A stretch of 64,000 nucleotides of DNA from Paludibacteraceae bacterium (GTDB taxonomy: Bacteria > Bacteroidota > Bacteroidia > Bacteroidales > Paludibacteraceae): the NCBI GenBank assembly GCA_045532335.1, contig JAZSFR010000008.1, positions 128,643-192,642 on the forward strand, read 5' to 3'. Every line of letters starts with the position of its first letter. The stretch's first letter is position 1. Shown here piece after piece: positions 17,767 to 29,000 of the stretch. The position numbers and the translations under genes are program-made. The notes beneath the pieces were generated by a model. That model worked only from the letters and a program-made list of their open reading frames with translations, was not told where the DNA came from and made no database searches.

Positions 17767-18801
17767 ATGTTTCGATTTGCTAATATAGAAATATTATGGT
17801 GGCTGCTCACGATTCCTGCGTTCGTGGTGGCGTATGTAGTCTATACTCGTCGTAAGGCGCGTCAGTTGGCAGAGTTTGGTGATCCTGAACTCATGGCCCA
17901 ACTCATGCCAGATGCTTCTAAGAGTCGTCCGATATGGAAGTTTAGTTTGCTGTTGCTCGCCTTGGTGTTGTTGATTATCGCAGCTGCTCGTCCTCAGTTT
18001 GGACAAAAAGAGAAGACTGTTAAACGCCAGGGTATCGAAGTAATGGTGGCGTTGGATATATCTAACTCCATGCTTGCAGAGGATGTGGCACCTAATCGTT
18101 TGGACCGAGCTAAACAAATGCTCAGCAAGATGATTGATAATATGGTGGACGATAAGGTGGGCTTGGTTGTATTTGCTGGAGAAGCGTTTACGCAATTGCC
18201 TATCACCTGCGACTACGTGTCTGCCAAAATGTTCCTCAATACCATATCTCCAAATTTGATTGCTACACAAGGTACCGCTATTGGTGCGGCGCTCCAAACC
18301 GCTATCACAGCTTTTGGTGGTAATGAGAGCGAGGTAGGACGTGCTATCATCTTGATTACAGATGGTGAGAACCACGAAGATGATGCGATAGCTGCGGCTA
18401 AACAAGCGCAGGAGTTGGGTATACAAGTGTTTGTGGTGGGTATCGGTAAACCCGAAGGTTCTCCTATCCCTATGCCTGGTACGAATGATTATTTTAAGGA
18501 TCGTAGCGGACAAGTCGTGGTAAGTCGTCTCAATGAGGAGATGTGTCAACAAGTGGCGCAAGCGGGTAAGGGTATCTATGTACGTTGTGATAATACTAAT
18601 ACGGCGATGCGTGCTTTGCAACAAGAGTTGGAGAAAATCGCTACTGCGGAATTGGAATCCACGGTGTATGCCGATTATAACGAACAATACCAGTCATTTG
18701 TATTGTTGGCATTATTGCTCCTTGTGATAGAATTCTTCATAATGAGTCGAAAGAATCATCGCCTTCATCGCATGGATTTGTTTAAAGAAAGTGAAAACTA
18801 A
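17767..18801 (+). CDS. batB: VWA domain protein BatB
   Basis: 344 aa. MIDAS motif ALDISNSM, VWA domain, TM helices at both ends. Confidence 0.9.
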   Translation: MFRFANIEILWWLLTIPAFVVAYVVYTRRKARQLAEFGDPELMAQLMPDASKSRPIWKFSLLLLALVLLIIAAARPQFGQKEKTVKRQGIEVMVALDISNSMLAEDVAPNRLDRAKQMLSKMIDNMVDDKVGLVVFAGEAFTQLPITCDYVSAKMFLNTISPNLIATQGTAIGAALQTAITAFGGNESEVGRAIILITDGENHEDDAIAAAKQAQELGIQVFVVGIGKPEGSPIPMPGTNDYFKDRSGQVVVSRLNEEMCQQVAQAGKGIYVRCDNTNTAMRALQQELEKIATAELESTVYADYNEQYQSFVLLALLLLVIEFFIMSRKNHRLHRMDLFKESEN

Positions 18802-18814
18802 AAAGCATAGAAAG

Positions 18815-19516
18815 ATGAATCGAATCTTAGTTATATTCATAGCGTTATTCAGCATTACGCAACTATGGGCTCAACAAGAGAGTCCTGATTTGCGTCGTGG
18901 CAACAAGGAATATAAGCACGAGAACTATACCGAAGCGGAGGTCAATTATCGTCGTGGTTTGGAAAAAAAACACGACTCTTTTGAGGGACACTTTAATCTC
19001 GGAGATGCGCTTTTTCGCCAGGAGAAGTATCCTGAGGCCCTGGAGCAATACCAAAAAGCCGAAAGTTTGCTCAAGGGGGATGATAAGACACGCAAAGCAG
19101 AACTAGATAGGCGATTGGCAGCAACCTATCATAATATGGGTAATGCATTGTATGCGCAACAACAATACGATAAGTCTGTGGCTGCATATCAACAATCCTT
19201 GCGCCATAATCCGAAAGACAATGATACGCGTTATAACTTGGTAAAAGCTATGCAGCAGTTGCAACAGCAACAACAGCAACAACAGAATCAAAACCAACAA
19301 CAAAACCAAGAGCAGAAGAACGATTCTACCCAACAGCAACAACAAGATCAGCAACAAGAGCAGCAGCAAAATCAACAACAAGAGCAGAATCAAGATCAGA
19401 TGGATCGTGAAACAGCCGAGCAGATTTTGCAAGCACTTGAGCAAGATGAACAAGAGACACAAGAGAAACTTCAACGCCAACAAGGTAAGAAACGTCGCGT
19501 AGAGAAAAACTGGTAA
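18815..19516 (+). CDS. batC: TPR protein BatC with Gln-rich C-terminal tract
   Basis: Start taken at ATG 18815 (MNRILVIFIALF signal). TPR repeats are followed by a long Q/N/E tract. Confidence 0.8.
   Translation: MNRILVIFIALFSITQLWAQQESPDLRRGNKEYKHENYTEAEVNYRRGLEKKHDSFEGHFNLGDALFRQEKYPEALEQYQKAESLLKGDDKTRKAELDRRLAATYHNMGNALYAQQQYDKSVAAYQQSLRHNPKDNDTRYNLVKAMQQLQQQQQQQQNQNQQQNQEQKNDSTQQQQQDQQQEQQQNQQQEQNQDQMDRETAEQILQALEQDEQETQEKLQRQQGKKRRVEKNW
19252..19398 (+). repeat. CAA/CAG-rich low-complexity tract in batC (poly-Gln/Asn/Glu)
   Basis: It translates to QQLQQQQQQQQNQNQQQNQEQKNDSTQQQQQDQQQEQQQNQQQEQNQDQ. Confidence 0.9.
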
Positions 19517-19520
19517 GATT

Positions 19521-21356
19521 ATGAAAAAGATACTATCGATACTATTTATTTTAACGGTGGCCATTCCGTCATTTGCCGCGGATGGGGTAGAGTTCAAAGC
19601 CTCTGCACCCGCTCAGGTAATTGCTGGTAAGCCATTCCAATTGACTTACTCGGTCAACCAACGTGCGAAAGATTTGCGAGCACCAGAGTTTACGGATTTT
19701 GAGTATATCGCTGGACCATATACCTCGCAGTCATCCTCTACTTCGTTTGTCAATGGTAAGCGTACATCCTCTTTTACGCTGACTTATACCTATACCCTTA
19801 AAGCAGAGAAGGATGGAACATACACTATTCCACCTGCGACCATTAAGGTAGATGGGGATCAATATACTTCTAATGGGGTACGTATCACGGTACTTCCGCC
19901 AGATAATGTGAACGCAAGTTCTTCAAAAGCCTCAAATAGTGCAAGCGGAACGAGTCAACAAAGGGAAACCACCAATGTGTCTGCGGAAAATATCTTTATG
20001 CGTACGCTCGTGTCCAAAACTAAGGTACACGAACAAGAGGCTATCCTCCTGACCTACAAACTCTATTTCGCGGGCGTGGATGTGGCGCAGTTTACCAATA
20101 ATACTCGTTTGCCAGAGTTTAAAGGATTTCTGAAACAAGATTTGGAGATAGGCGAGATACAAACTGAACTGGAGCATTATAATGGCAGAAATTACCAAAC
20201 CGCTGTATTGTATCGTGCCTTGTTGTTCCCTCAACGAAGTGGGGATATGAAGATCGATCCAGCTCACTTTGAGGCCGTGCTTCGTGTACAAAATCGTGCA
20301 CAAGTACGTAGTATTTTTGATGACTTCTTTAATAGCTACACGACTGCGCTCAAACCGCTTGAGGCTGCAGGTGTGACTATTCATGTGGAACCACTTCCTG
20401 CGGGTAAACCTAGCGGATTTAGTGGCGGTGTAGGTCAGTACGCTATCAGTAGCAAGATATCTAGTACCGAGTTGCAAGCCAATGAGGCTGTGACTTTGAC
20501 TGTTACGATTCAAGGAGCTGGCAATATGAAGCTGCTCAAAACACCCAATGTAGATTGGCCAGAGGGATTTGAGGTATATGATCCTAAAGTGACCAATAAC
20601 TTTAAAAATACTACCTCCGGCATGAGTGGCACAAAGGTAGTTGAGTATCTGGCTATTCCACGCGCAGGTGGTACTTACACGATTCCTCCTATCGTATTTG
20701 CGTACTATGATACCAAGGAGGATGCCTATCGTACGCTTTATACCCCTGAATATACCTTGAATATTGCGCGTTCTACTAGTGAGGAAAATGCTGGTGCCGT
20801 AGTTAACAATTTTGTTAATAAAGAGGATATTCAGCAACTGGGTACCGATATTCGTTATATTTATACAGGTACTGCACCTGTGGCAGAGAAACAACCTGTG
20901 TTGCAATTTGGAACAATGTTGTTCTGGTTGTGTTATGTGTTGCCTTTGTTACTAGCTGCGCTGCTATTTATTGTTTTCCGCAAGAAGATCAAGGAAAATG
21001 CCGATATCACTCGTTTGCGTTATAAGAAAGCCAATAAGGTAGCTCAACGCCGTTTGAAGGTAGCAGAACGTTTGCTTCGTGAGAACCAAAAAGAGGCATT
21101 CTACGAGGAGATTGAGCGTGCCGCATGGACGTATCTGAGTGATCGATTGTCTATCCCAACAGCCCAACTCAATAAGGAGAATATTGCACAAATTCTTCGT
21201 GATAAGGCTGTGAATGACGAACTAATCAAAGAGGTTCATCAGGTATTGACAACAGCAGAGTTTGCACGCTATGCACCTACTACAGATCATGCTATGCAAG
21301 ATATGTATGATACGACGACGCGATTGATCAATGCGTTGGAAGACCAGAAACTATAA
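19521..21356 (+). CDS. batD: BatD (oxygen-tolerance) protein
   Basis: 611 aa. Signal peptide, large beta-rich domain, one TM helix near aa 465-485. Position and length match BatD. Confidence 0.8.
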   Translation: MKKILSILFILTVAIPSFAADGVEFKASAPAQVIAGKPFQLTYSVNQRAKDLRAPEFTDFEYIAGPYTSQSSSTSFVNGKRTSSFTLTYTYTLKAEKDGTYTIPPATIKVDGDQYTSNGVRITVLPPDNVNASSSKASNSASGTSQQRETTNVSAENIFMRTLVSKTKVHEQEAILLTYKLYFAGVDVAQFTNNTRLPEFKGFLKQDLEIGEIQTELEHYNGRNYQTAVLYRALLFPQRSGDMKIDPAHFEAVLRVQNRAQVRSIFDDFFNSYTTALKPLEAAGVTIHVEPLPAGKPSGFSGGVGQYAISSKISSTELQANEAVTLTVTIQGAGNMKLLKTPNVDWPEGFEVYDPKVTNNFKNTTSGMSGTKVVEYLAIPRAGGTYTIPPIVFAYYDTKEDAYRTLYTPEYTLNIARSTSEENAGAVVNNFVNKEDIQQLGTDIRYIYTGTAPVAEKQPVLQFGTMLFWLCYVLPLLLAALLFIVFRKKIKENADITRLRYKKANKVAQRRLKVAERLLRENQKEAFYEEIERAAWTYLSDRLSIPTAQLNKENIAQILRDKAVNDELIKEVHQVLTTAEFARYAPTTDHAMQDMYDTTTRLINALEDQKL

Positions 21357-21375
21357 TTATTAACGATACATATAG

Positions 21376-22089
21376 ATGATTATGAATCTACTCCTCATAT
21401 TTCTTTCGACTCTATTTGTTGATGCCAACGCATTGTATGCGGAAGGCAATTATGTTGAGGCTGCGGCAATGTACGAGCAAGTTATTGTTGATCAACCTTC
21501 TGCAGAAGTGTACTATAATCTAGGCAATGCCTATTTTAAACAAGGTGAATTGGCTCAATCTATCTTGGCATATGAGCGTGCATTGCGCCTGAAACCTTCC
21601 TACAAAGATGCACAGTATAACTTGCATTTCGCACAGTCTCGTATCGTGGATAATATAGAAGATACACACTCCTTCTTCCTATCCAATTGGATGCGTGCAG
21701 TGCGTAACGCATTGAGCATGCAGGTCTGGATGTGGTTGTCTATCGGTCTATTTATTCTCATGTTGCTTGGATTCTTCTTGTTTGCTTTTAGTCCAATGGT
21801 TTGGCTGCGCAAGACTGCGTTTTACTGTAGTGTTGTAGCTTTGGTAATATCTATCGTAGCTTGCGTGAATGCTAGCAGTTTGTATCAACGCGATACAGAG
21901 CGTGCTGAGGCTATTATTACACAGGGAATCGTGAATGCTAAGTCTTCTCCTGATCGTTCAGGAACAGATTTGTTTACGATTCACGAGGGCACAAAAGTGA
22001 TTATTACTGAGACTATTGGTGATTGGTGTTGTATTCAAGTTGGTAATAATGTGGGTTGGATGCAACTTTCATATTTGGAACGAATTTAA
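21376..22089 (+). CDS. batE: BatE-like TPR/SH3 membrane protein
   Basis: 237 aa. TPR repeats at the N-terminus, two TM helices, C-terminal SH3-like end (GDWCCIQVGNNVGWMQLSYLE). Confidence 0.8.
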   Translation: MIMNLLLIFLSTLFVDANALYAEGNYVEAAAMYEQVIVDQPSAEVYYNLGNAYFKQGELAQSILAYERALRLKPSYKDAQYNLHFAQSRIVDNIEDTHSFFLSNWMRAVRNALSMQVWMWLSIGLFILMLLGFFLFAFSPMVWLRKTAFYCSVVALVISIVACVNASSLYQRDTERAEAIITQGIVNAKSSPDRSGTDLFTIHEGTKVIITETIGDWCCIQVGNNVGWMQLSYLERI

Positions 22090-22103
22090 TTAGGTTAATA
22101 GAT

Positions 22104-22919
22104 ATGTCAGTACATGTACAAAATACGCGTATGACAACCACACGTCTGCGCAAAATGAAGCAAGAGGGCGAAAAAATCGCCATGTTGACCAGTTATGATT
22201 TTACATTAACACGTTTATTGGATGAGGCGGGAATAGAAATGATTCTTGTGGGTGATAGCGCCTCTAATATCGTATGTGGAAACAAATATACTCTTCCTAT
22301 TACGGTAGATGAGATGATTTTCCTCACCAAAGGTGTTGTCCGTGCTGCGGAGCATGCGCTCGTCGTGATAGATATGCCTTTTGGTAGTTATCAGGTTAGC
22401 GAGGAGCAGGCAGTTAGCAATGCAATTCGTATGATCAAAGAATCTGGTGCTGATGCCGTTAAATTGGAGGGTGGAGAAGAGATACTCCCTGCTATTCGTC
22501 ATATGGTACAAGCCGGTGTACCTGTAATGGGACACTTGGGATTGACTCCTCAAAGTGTAAATCAACTGGGTGGTTATGGATTGCGTGCCAAGGAAGAAGC
22601 GGAGGCAGAGAAACTATTGCATGATGCCAAACTGCTAGATGAGGCTGGTTGTTTTGCAATAGTACTAGAAAAGATCCCTGCAGAGTTAGCAAAACGTGTT
22701 ACTGAGATGGTGAGTTGTCCTACAATTGGTATTGGTGCAGGCAATGTGACGGATGGTCAAGTGCTTGTGCTACATGATATGTTAGGATTGAATGAAGGAT
22801 TCAAACCTAAATTCTTGCGCCAGTTTGCACATTTGGGCGAGACCGTAAAGACAGCAGTGAGCGAGTATATTTCCGCAGTCAAAGACACTACATTCCCTTC
22901 TCAAGAGGAGAGTTATTAA
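22104..22919 (+). CDS. panB: 3-methyl-2-oxobutanoate hydroxymethyltransferase
   Basis: KIAMLTSYDF...ILVGDS...VIDMPFGSY...VKLEGG are PanB signatures. ATG 22104 is chosen over the longer track ORF, which overlaps batE. Confidence 0.93.
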   Translation: MSVHVQNTRMTTTRLRKMKQEGEKIAMLTSYDFTLTRLLDEAGIEMILVGDSASNIVCGNKYTLPITVDEMIFLTKGVVRAAEHALVVIDMPFGSYQVSEEQAVSNAIRMIKESGADAVKLEGGEEILPAIRHMVQAGVPVMGHLGLTPQSVNQLGGYGLRAKEEAEAEKLLHDAKLLDEAGCFAIVLEKIPAELAKRVTEMVSCPTIGIGAGNVTDGQVLVLHDMLGLNEGFKPKFLRQFAHLGETVKTAVSEYISAVKDTTFPSQEESY

Positions 22920-22946
22920 TAGATTAAATAGAGCGATTCTATTCGT

Positions 22947-22983
22947 AATGCTCTGCGTTTTGCCAACGCAGAGCATTTTTTTT
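22947..22983 (+). terminator. intrinsic terminator after panB
   Basis: 13-bp stem AATGCTCTGCGTT / AACGCAGAGCATT followed by a T-run. Confidence 0.85.
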
Positions 22984-23032
22984 GTCCAAATTGCCACATG
23001 GAAACTACAAAAGTGTTAAAGTTTTCTAAAAA

Positions 23033-23064
23033 TTTGGTTATTTCAAAAAAAAATACTACTTTTG
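23033..23064 (+). promoter_or_regulatory. promoter of TetR/efflux operon (-33 TTTG / -7 TActTTTG)
   Basis: TTTG at 23033-23036, a 20-nt A-rich spacer, and TACTTTTG at 23057-23064. Confidence 0.65.
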
Positions 23065-23089
23065 CACGCTTTTTGTAAAATGGAGTAAT

Positions 23090-23707
23090 ATGGCAGAAAT
23101 AAAAGAGGAAATATTAAAAATTTCAATCACGCGAATGCAACAAGTGGGCATTCGTAGTGTGTCCATTGATGATATCTGCCACGAGTTGGGAATAAGCAAG
23201 AAAACATTCTATGTTTATTACCCATCAAAAGACGAACTATTGGTTGAAATATTGGCAAAGCACCAAGAGAAAGTATCTTACGAGTTAGCGCAATCACTGA
23301 GCAAACGGACAGTAGAACAAAGTCTGATGGAATGGGCCAAAATCGCCAAGCATGCGGAAAAGCAAATGATCAAGACGCCTCCGATGATTTATGATTTGGA
23401 GAAATACTATCCGCAACTTTTCAATCAGCACAAAGCCTATATGCGAGCTGCTACAGAAGAGATATTGGTACAATTTTTGCAAAAAGGAATCAATGAGGGC
23501 GTTTTTCGCCAGGAGATAGACGTGAGGATTGTGGCAATGGTGTGCTTAGATATTCAATACCGACTAATGGAGTTTGTTTCAAAAGGCGAGAAACCACGCG
23601 AGGAGATTTTGCGAATCGGTCACCAAGGTATGGATATTTTGGTACGAGGCATACTGACAGAAGATGGACTATTGCGGTTGAGAGAAAAAATGAAAAATAA
23701 CATATAA
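23090..23707 (+). CDS. TetR/AcrR family transcriptional regulator
   Basis: 205 aa. N-terminal HTH (GIRSVSIDDICHELGISKKTFYVYYPSKDEL). It lies upstream of the efflux operon. Confidence 0.9.
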   Translation: MAEIKEEILKISITRMQQVGIRSVSIDDICHELGISKKTFYVYYPSKDELLVEILAKHQEKVSYELAQSLSKRTVEQSLMEWAKIAKHAEKQMIKTPPMIYDLEKYYPQLFNQHKAYMRAATEEILVQFLQKGINEGVFRQEIDVRIVAMVCLDIQYRLMEFVSKGEKPREEILRIGHQGMDILVRGILTEDGLLRLREKMKNNI

Positions 23708-23725
23708 TATATTAAGGTATAAGAA

Positions 23726-25054
23726 ATGAAAAAAACAATTGTAATCTTTGCATGTTTGGCTCTATTGAGCCAAATGATCTGGGCAGAGGATCATGTGATG
23801 GCAGCCACTAAGCCAATGGCTACCCCTGAAGTACCTGCTCAATTAAGCTTAAGCCTCAGCGAAGCTCAAGATTATGCAGTAGCAACCAATCGTAGTTTGC
23901 GTAATGCAGATCTTGCGGTGCAAAAAGCCTACGCACAACGTTGGCAGACCATTGCTGCGATGTTGCCACAAGTAGATATGTCGTGGGGGTATTCCTCTAT
24001 GTTTAATTACATGATGAATATTGGTGGTAATGCACTACCTATGAACGACAATGGAACATTAGGCGTAACTGCTAGTGTCGGTATCAATGGTCAAGCGATA
24101 GTGGGAGCTTTGCTCAATAGTATCGCTATTGATATGCAAAAATTGAACTTACAACAATCAGAGGATAACCTCCGCGCTAATGTGAAGTCTTCTTATGCAT
24201 CTGTGTTGGTACTCGAAGATGTGGTGAAACTATTAGATGCTTCTCTCAAAAACATTGAGGATTTGGCCGCTATGACCCAACGCTCAGTGGACGTGGGCGT
24301 AGCCGAGCAAACCACTGCTGACCAAATTCAAGTACGAGTAAACACCCTCAAAAACAACATTAATGCCAATAAGCGTTCTACTCAATTGGCTATCAATGCG
24401 CTGAAAGTATTGCTCAATGTTCCTGTGGAAACCGAGTTGACACTTACCTCTAAGTTAGATGATATGCTTTCTGCGGAGGCGATATTGCAATTGTTGGGTA
24501 AAGACTTTGTGTTAGAAAACAATCTAAGTTACCAAATGCTAGCTAAGAATGTTGAGTTAGCGAAAACCAATGTGCATATGGCAGGTTGGGCATATGGTCC
24601 TACTGTTGCTATTGGATATCAATATAGTGAGAAAAGTTATTTTGGAAAGTCAGAGGGATTGAATATGACCCCTCCAAATGCGCTCAGCGTGAGTGTTAGT
24701 ATGCCTCTATGGTCATCTGGCAAGCGTGCTGCGGGTGTAGTGGAGAAGAAGATTGCCTTGGAGGAAGCACGCAATACCTTTGCTGAAACGACCGATAATC
24801 TTGGAATCCAAAATGAGCAATTGCGCTATAACGTTCAAAATGGTTATGAGACATATTTGACAGAAAAGGATAATATGGACGTAACTCAACGCATCTTTGA
24901 GTCAACCACTAAGAAGTTCAATCAAGGTGTGGCTTCTAACCTCGAATTGGTGAATGCAAGCAATGACCTTATTACAGCTCAGTCTACTTATGTGCAGGCT
25001 GTACTTTCACTAGTGAATGCACAAGTGGAATTGGAAAAGTTTCTTAATTTATAA
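23726..25054 (+). CDS. TolC-family outer membrane efflux protein
   Basis: 442 aa. Signal peptide, two-repeat helical/barrel pattern, operon context. Confidence 0.88.
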   Translation: MKKTIVIFACLALLSQMIWAEDHVMAATKPMATPEVPAQLSLSLSEAQDYAVATNRSLRNADLAVQKAYAQRWQTIAAMLPQVDMSWGYSSMFNYMMNIGGNALPMNDNGTLGVTASVGINGQAIVGALLNSIAIDMQKLNLQQSEDNLRANVKSSYASVLVLEDVVKLLDASLKNIEDLAAMTQRSVDVGVAEQTTADQIQVRVNTLKNNINANKRSTQLAINALKVLLNVPVETELTLTSKLDDMLSAEAILQLLGKDFVLENNLSYQMLAKNVELAKTNVHMAGWAYGPTVAIGYQYSEKSYFGKSEGLNMTPPNALSVSVSMPLWSSGKRAAGVVEKKIALEEARNTFAETTDNLGIQNEQLRYNVQNGYETYLTEKDNMDVTQRIFESTTKKFNQGVASNLELVNASNDLITAQSTYVQAVLSLVNAQVELEKFLNL

Positions 25055-25076
25055 TGATATTAAATAACAATAGATA

Positions 25077-26081
25077 ATGAAAAAGATTGTATTATTGATG
25101 GCTGTAGCAGTATGCATGATTGGCTGCGGCAAGAAAGATGCTCAAGCTACTCAAGAGGCTGAGCGCGTGGAAGTGGTAGGCACCATGATCCTCGAAAATC
25201 ATGAGATTGAGCGCGTGCTCAATATTAGTACTAACCTTCAAGGTTATTTGACACAAAATGTAGCACCTTCTTTGACGGGTAAAATCGAACACATCTTTGT
25301 GGAAGTGGGTGATCGTGTAAAGGAAGGAGATATGCTTGTTCGTATGGATCAAAACCAATACCTTACATCCAAAATCCAACTGGCTAATTTGGAGATTGAG
25401 ATGGGACGCTTGGAGGCATTGCTCGAGACAGGTTCTGTGAGTCAACAGACCTATGACCAAACCAAAGTATCTTATGACCAACTCAAGCAAAATCTCTCTT
25501 TCTTGGAGACAAACACCTACGTTAAAGCTCCTTTTGAGGGAGTAATCTCTGCGAAGACATACGAGGATGGCGAATTGTATGGTGGTCAGCCAATCGTAGT
25601 TTTGACCCAAGTGAAGAAACTCAAAGCCCTTATCGCTGTACCAGAAACCTACTATCCATTGATTAAAGAGGGTATGAAACTCACAGTACAAAGTGATATT
25701 TATCCTTCTGAGACATTCCCTGCTACCATTGAAGTGGTATATCCAACTATTGATGCTGCTAGCCATACTTTCCAATGCAAGGTGGTTATTCCTAATGCAA
25801 GCGAGAAACTGCGTCCTGGTATGTATGTTACCACTACTCTTGGTCTTGGTAAGGAGAATACAATTGTGGTGCCTTATCAATCAGTAGAGAAACTCATTGG
25901 TTCTAACGAGCGTTATGTGTTTATCAACGAGAATGGTTATGCTAAACGTGTGAGCGTGAAACTTGGACAACGTTTTGACGAGCAAATCGAAATCATCGCT
26001 CCTGAAATCCAACCAGGAGTAGAGTATATCCACAAAGGTCAAAGCAAATTGGTGGATGGTGTGAAGATTGAAGTGAAATAA
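25077..26081 (+). CDS. efflux RND transporter periplasmic adaptor subunit
   Basis: 334 aa. Lipobox MIGCGKK, and HlyD/biotinyl-lipoyl-like motifs (AP.EGVIS). Confidence 0.9.
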   Translation: MKKIVLLMAVAVCMIGCGKKDAQATQEAERVEVVGTMILENHEIERVLNISTNLQGYLTQNVAPSLTGKIEHIFVEVGDRVKEGDMLVRMDQNQYLTSKIQLANLEIEMGRLEALLETGSVSQQTYDQTKVSYDQLKQNLSFLETNTYVKAPFEGVISAKTYEDGELYGGQPIVVLTQVKKLKALIAVPETYYPLIKEGMKLTVQSDIYPSETFPATIEVVYPTIDAASHTFQCKVVIPNASEKLRPGMYVTTTLGLGKENTIVVPYQSVEKLIGSNERYVFINENGYAKRVSVKLGQRFDEQIEIIAPEIQPGVEYIHKGQSKLVDGVKIEVK

Positions 26082-26094
26082 ATTCTAAACGACT

Positions 26095-29000
26095 ATGGCA
26101 ATTTATAAAACCGCGATTAAAAACCCCGTAACGACCATGCTGGTATTCGTTGCGGTGATGATCATAGGTCTGTTCAGTTTTGTGCAACTACCTGTGGATC
26201 AGTTTCCTGAGATGGATCCTCCATACGTGATGGTGATGACCACCTATCCAGGAGCCTCTGCCTCGGAGATAGAAACGAACGTCTCCAAGATCATGGAGAA
26301 CAGTTTGACTTCAGTAGATAACTTGAAGTATATCAACTCGACCAGCAAGGATAACGTATCACTCGTTGTATTGGAATTAGAGTGGGGATGTGACATCACG
26401 GAAGCCGTCAACGACGTGCGGTCGTTCTGCGATATGGCGAAGAACCAGTTGCCAGACGGTTGTTCGTCGCCAATGGTGTTTAAGTTCTCCTCAAGCACCA
26501 TGCCTATCTGCCAATACTCTATTACGGCAGACGAGTCGTATGCTGCGCTCGATAAGATCCTCAACGATGAGGTGATTCCACAACTCAACAAGATCAACGG
26601 TATTGGTAACTTGTCGGTATCTGGTGCGCCAGACCGCTATGTATATGTGGATATTGACCAACAGAAGTTGGACGCATACGGTATCTCTTTGGAGCAAGTA
26701 GGTCAGGTGATCTCTGCTAACAACTTGAACCTGTCTTCGGGTACGGTGAAGATGGAGAAGGAGCAATACCAAATGCAGGTGCGCTCGGAGTTCATCGAAA
26801 GTAGCGAGATCAACGACCTGATGGTGACTATCACCCCACAAGGACAACAAGTGTTTGTGCGTGACATTGCTACTGTGCGCGATACCATCAAGGATCTATC
26901 GCTCGACGAGAAGACCAACGGTCGTGAGGCTGCGCGTTTGATTGTGGCTAAGCAATCAGGCTCCAATACCGTGCAAGTCTGCGAGGATGTGCAAGAGGAG
27001 TTGGCTAAGATTCAAAAGCAATTGCCTACCGACGTGAAGATTCAAGAGATCTACAACTCGGCTGACGATATCCGCAATAGTATCAACTCGCTCGAAGAGT
27101 CTGTGCTCTACGCATTGCTCTTCGTGGTGCTGGTGGTATTGTTCTTCCTCGGCAAATGGCGTGCGACCATTATCATCTCCCTCACTATTCCAATCTCGTT
27201 GATTGTAGCCTTCATCTACTTGAAGATGGCAGACTCCTCAATCAACATTATCTCGCTCTGCTCACTCAGTATCGCGATTGGTATGGTGGTGGACGATGCG
27301 ATTGTGGTGCTCGAGAATATCACCCGCCATATTGAGCGTGGTGAGAACCCTCGCGAGGCCTCTATCTATGCCACCAACGAGGTTTGGGTCAGCGTTATTG
27401 CAACTACCCTTGTGCTTGTGGCTGTGTTTGTGCCTCTGACCATGATGGATGGTATGGCAGGTATCATGTTTGAGTCACTGGGTTGGATTGTTACAGTTGT
27501 TTGCTGTACTTCTACCGTGATCGCTATCACCCTTACTCCTATGCTCTGCTCGAAACTATTGCAGGCACGCAAATTCCATGTGGAGAATGGCAAACTGATT
27601 GATGATAGTGCCAAGAAGACTTGGTACGACCGCACTGTCGTTGCGTTCCTTGACAAAGTGGATGCTGCTTATGCCAAGTCGCTGGGTTGGTGCTTGCGTC
27701 ATAAGACATTGACTATCATTGCATTGTTTGTCTTCTTTGCAGCGTCATTGGTGCCATTTGCTATGGGTAAAGTGGGTACCGACTTTATGGCGCAAGAAGA
27801 TGATGCATTCTTGAGCGTAACGGTTGAGTTGCAACGTGGTACGCGCATCGAAGAGACCGTCAAGACAGCTCGCAAATTGGAAGAGCGTTTCATGTTGCTC
27901 GTACCTGAGATTCAGATGATCTCTACCTCCGCGGGTAGCAACGATGATGATGGTACAGGTGCTATCTTCTCTACTACAATGAACAATACCATCTCTATGA
28001 CTATCCGTTTGAACAAGAAATGGGAGCGTGAACGCACTATCTGGCAAATCGCTGAGGTGCTGCGTCAAGAGTTGGCACAATATCCAGAAATCATTGAGTA
28101 TCAGGCTGCTTTGAGTAGCGATGGTCCTGGTGGTGGTAATACGGTAGATGTAGAAATCTATGGTTATGACTTTGATATCACCAACCAAATGGCTCAGCAA
28201 ATCATCGCCCTTACCAAAGAACTTCCAGGTGCTCGCGATGTATTCTCTGACCGTGATGACGACCGCCCTGAGATCAAGATCATCGTGGACAAGGAGAAGG
28301 CTTCTCGCCACGGATTGACCTCTGCTACTATTTCCTCTTACCTGCGTAACCGTGTGAATGGTATGGCTGTAGGCTTCCTGAAGGAGGATGGTGATGAGTA
28401 TGATATTCTTGTGCGTTTGAAAGAAGAGAACCGCAACTCCATCTCTGATGTGCTTGATTTCTCTATCCCAACACCAATGGGACAAACCATCAAACTCTCA
28501 GAGATCTGCTCGGTGGACGAGTATTGGGCACCACCAAAAATCGTTCGTAAGTCACGTCAACGTATTGTGACTGTGAAGGTTACTCCATACGAAACTTCAC
28601 TTGGTGAGTTGGCACAAGCTATCAACACACAAGTTTTGCCTCAAATCGACAAACCAGCTGGTTATTCCATCCGTTTAGCAGGTTCATATGAGGATCAACA
28701 AGAGTCGTTCGGCAAGTTGGGTATGCTCGGTGCATTGATTCTGATCCTTGTATATATTGTTATGGCGAGTCAGTTTGAGTCGTTCAGCAACCCTGGAATC
28801 ATTATGTTTACTGTGCCATTTGCGCTATCGGGTGTGATCCTTGCGTTGTGGATTACGGGTGTATCACTCGATATGATTGGCGCCTTGGGTATTGTCCTCT
28901 TGGTGGGTATCGTGGTGAAAAACGGTATCGTGCTGGTGGACTATATCAACCTGATGCGTGAGCGTGGACACGACCTCAACGAGGCTATCCAAATCTCTGG

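Noticed and set aside
17794-18687. A 297-aa ORF antisense to batB. Similar long antisense ORFs lie at 14174-14860, 19932-20906, 25092-25880, 27745-28485, 39272-40123, 48746-49471, 52769-53638, 53758-54471 and 57444-58208.
   Set aside because: Each lies wholly inside a strongly supported conserved gene on the other strand. The translations are low-complexity with no recognisable motifs. They are typical shadow ORFs produced by the codon bias of the sense gene.
19103-19597. A 164-aa poly-Leu ORF antisense to the batC Gln tract.
   Set aside because: It is simply the reverse complement of the CAA/CAG repeat (TTG/CTG codons), not a gene.
13874-22089. Treating the MoxR/DUF58/VWA/TPR cluster as a novel system.
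   Set aside because: Gene order and domain content match the well-known Bacteroides aerotolerance (Bat) operon. Only its unusual spacers and the Q-rich tract are reported.
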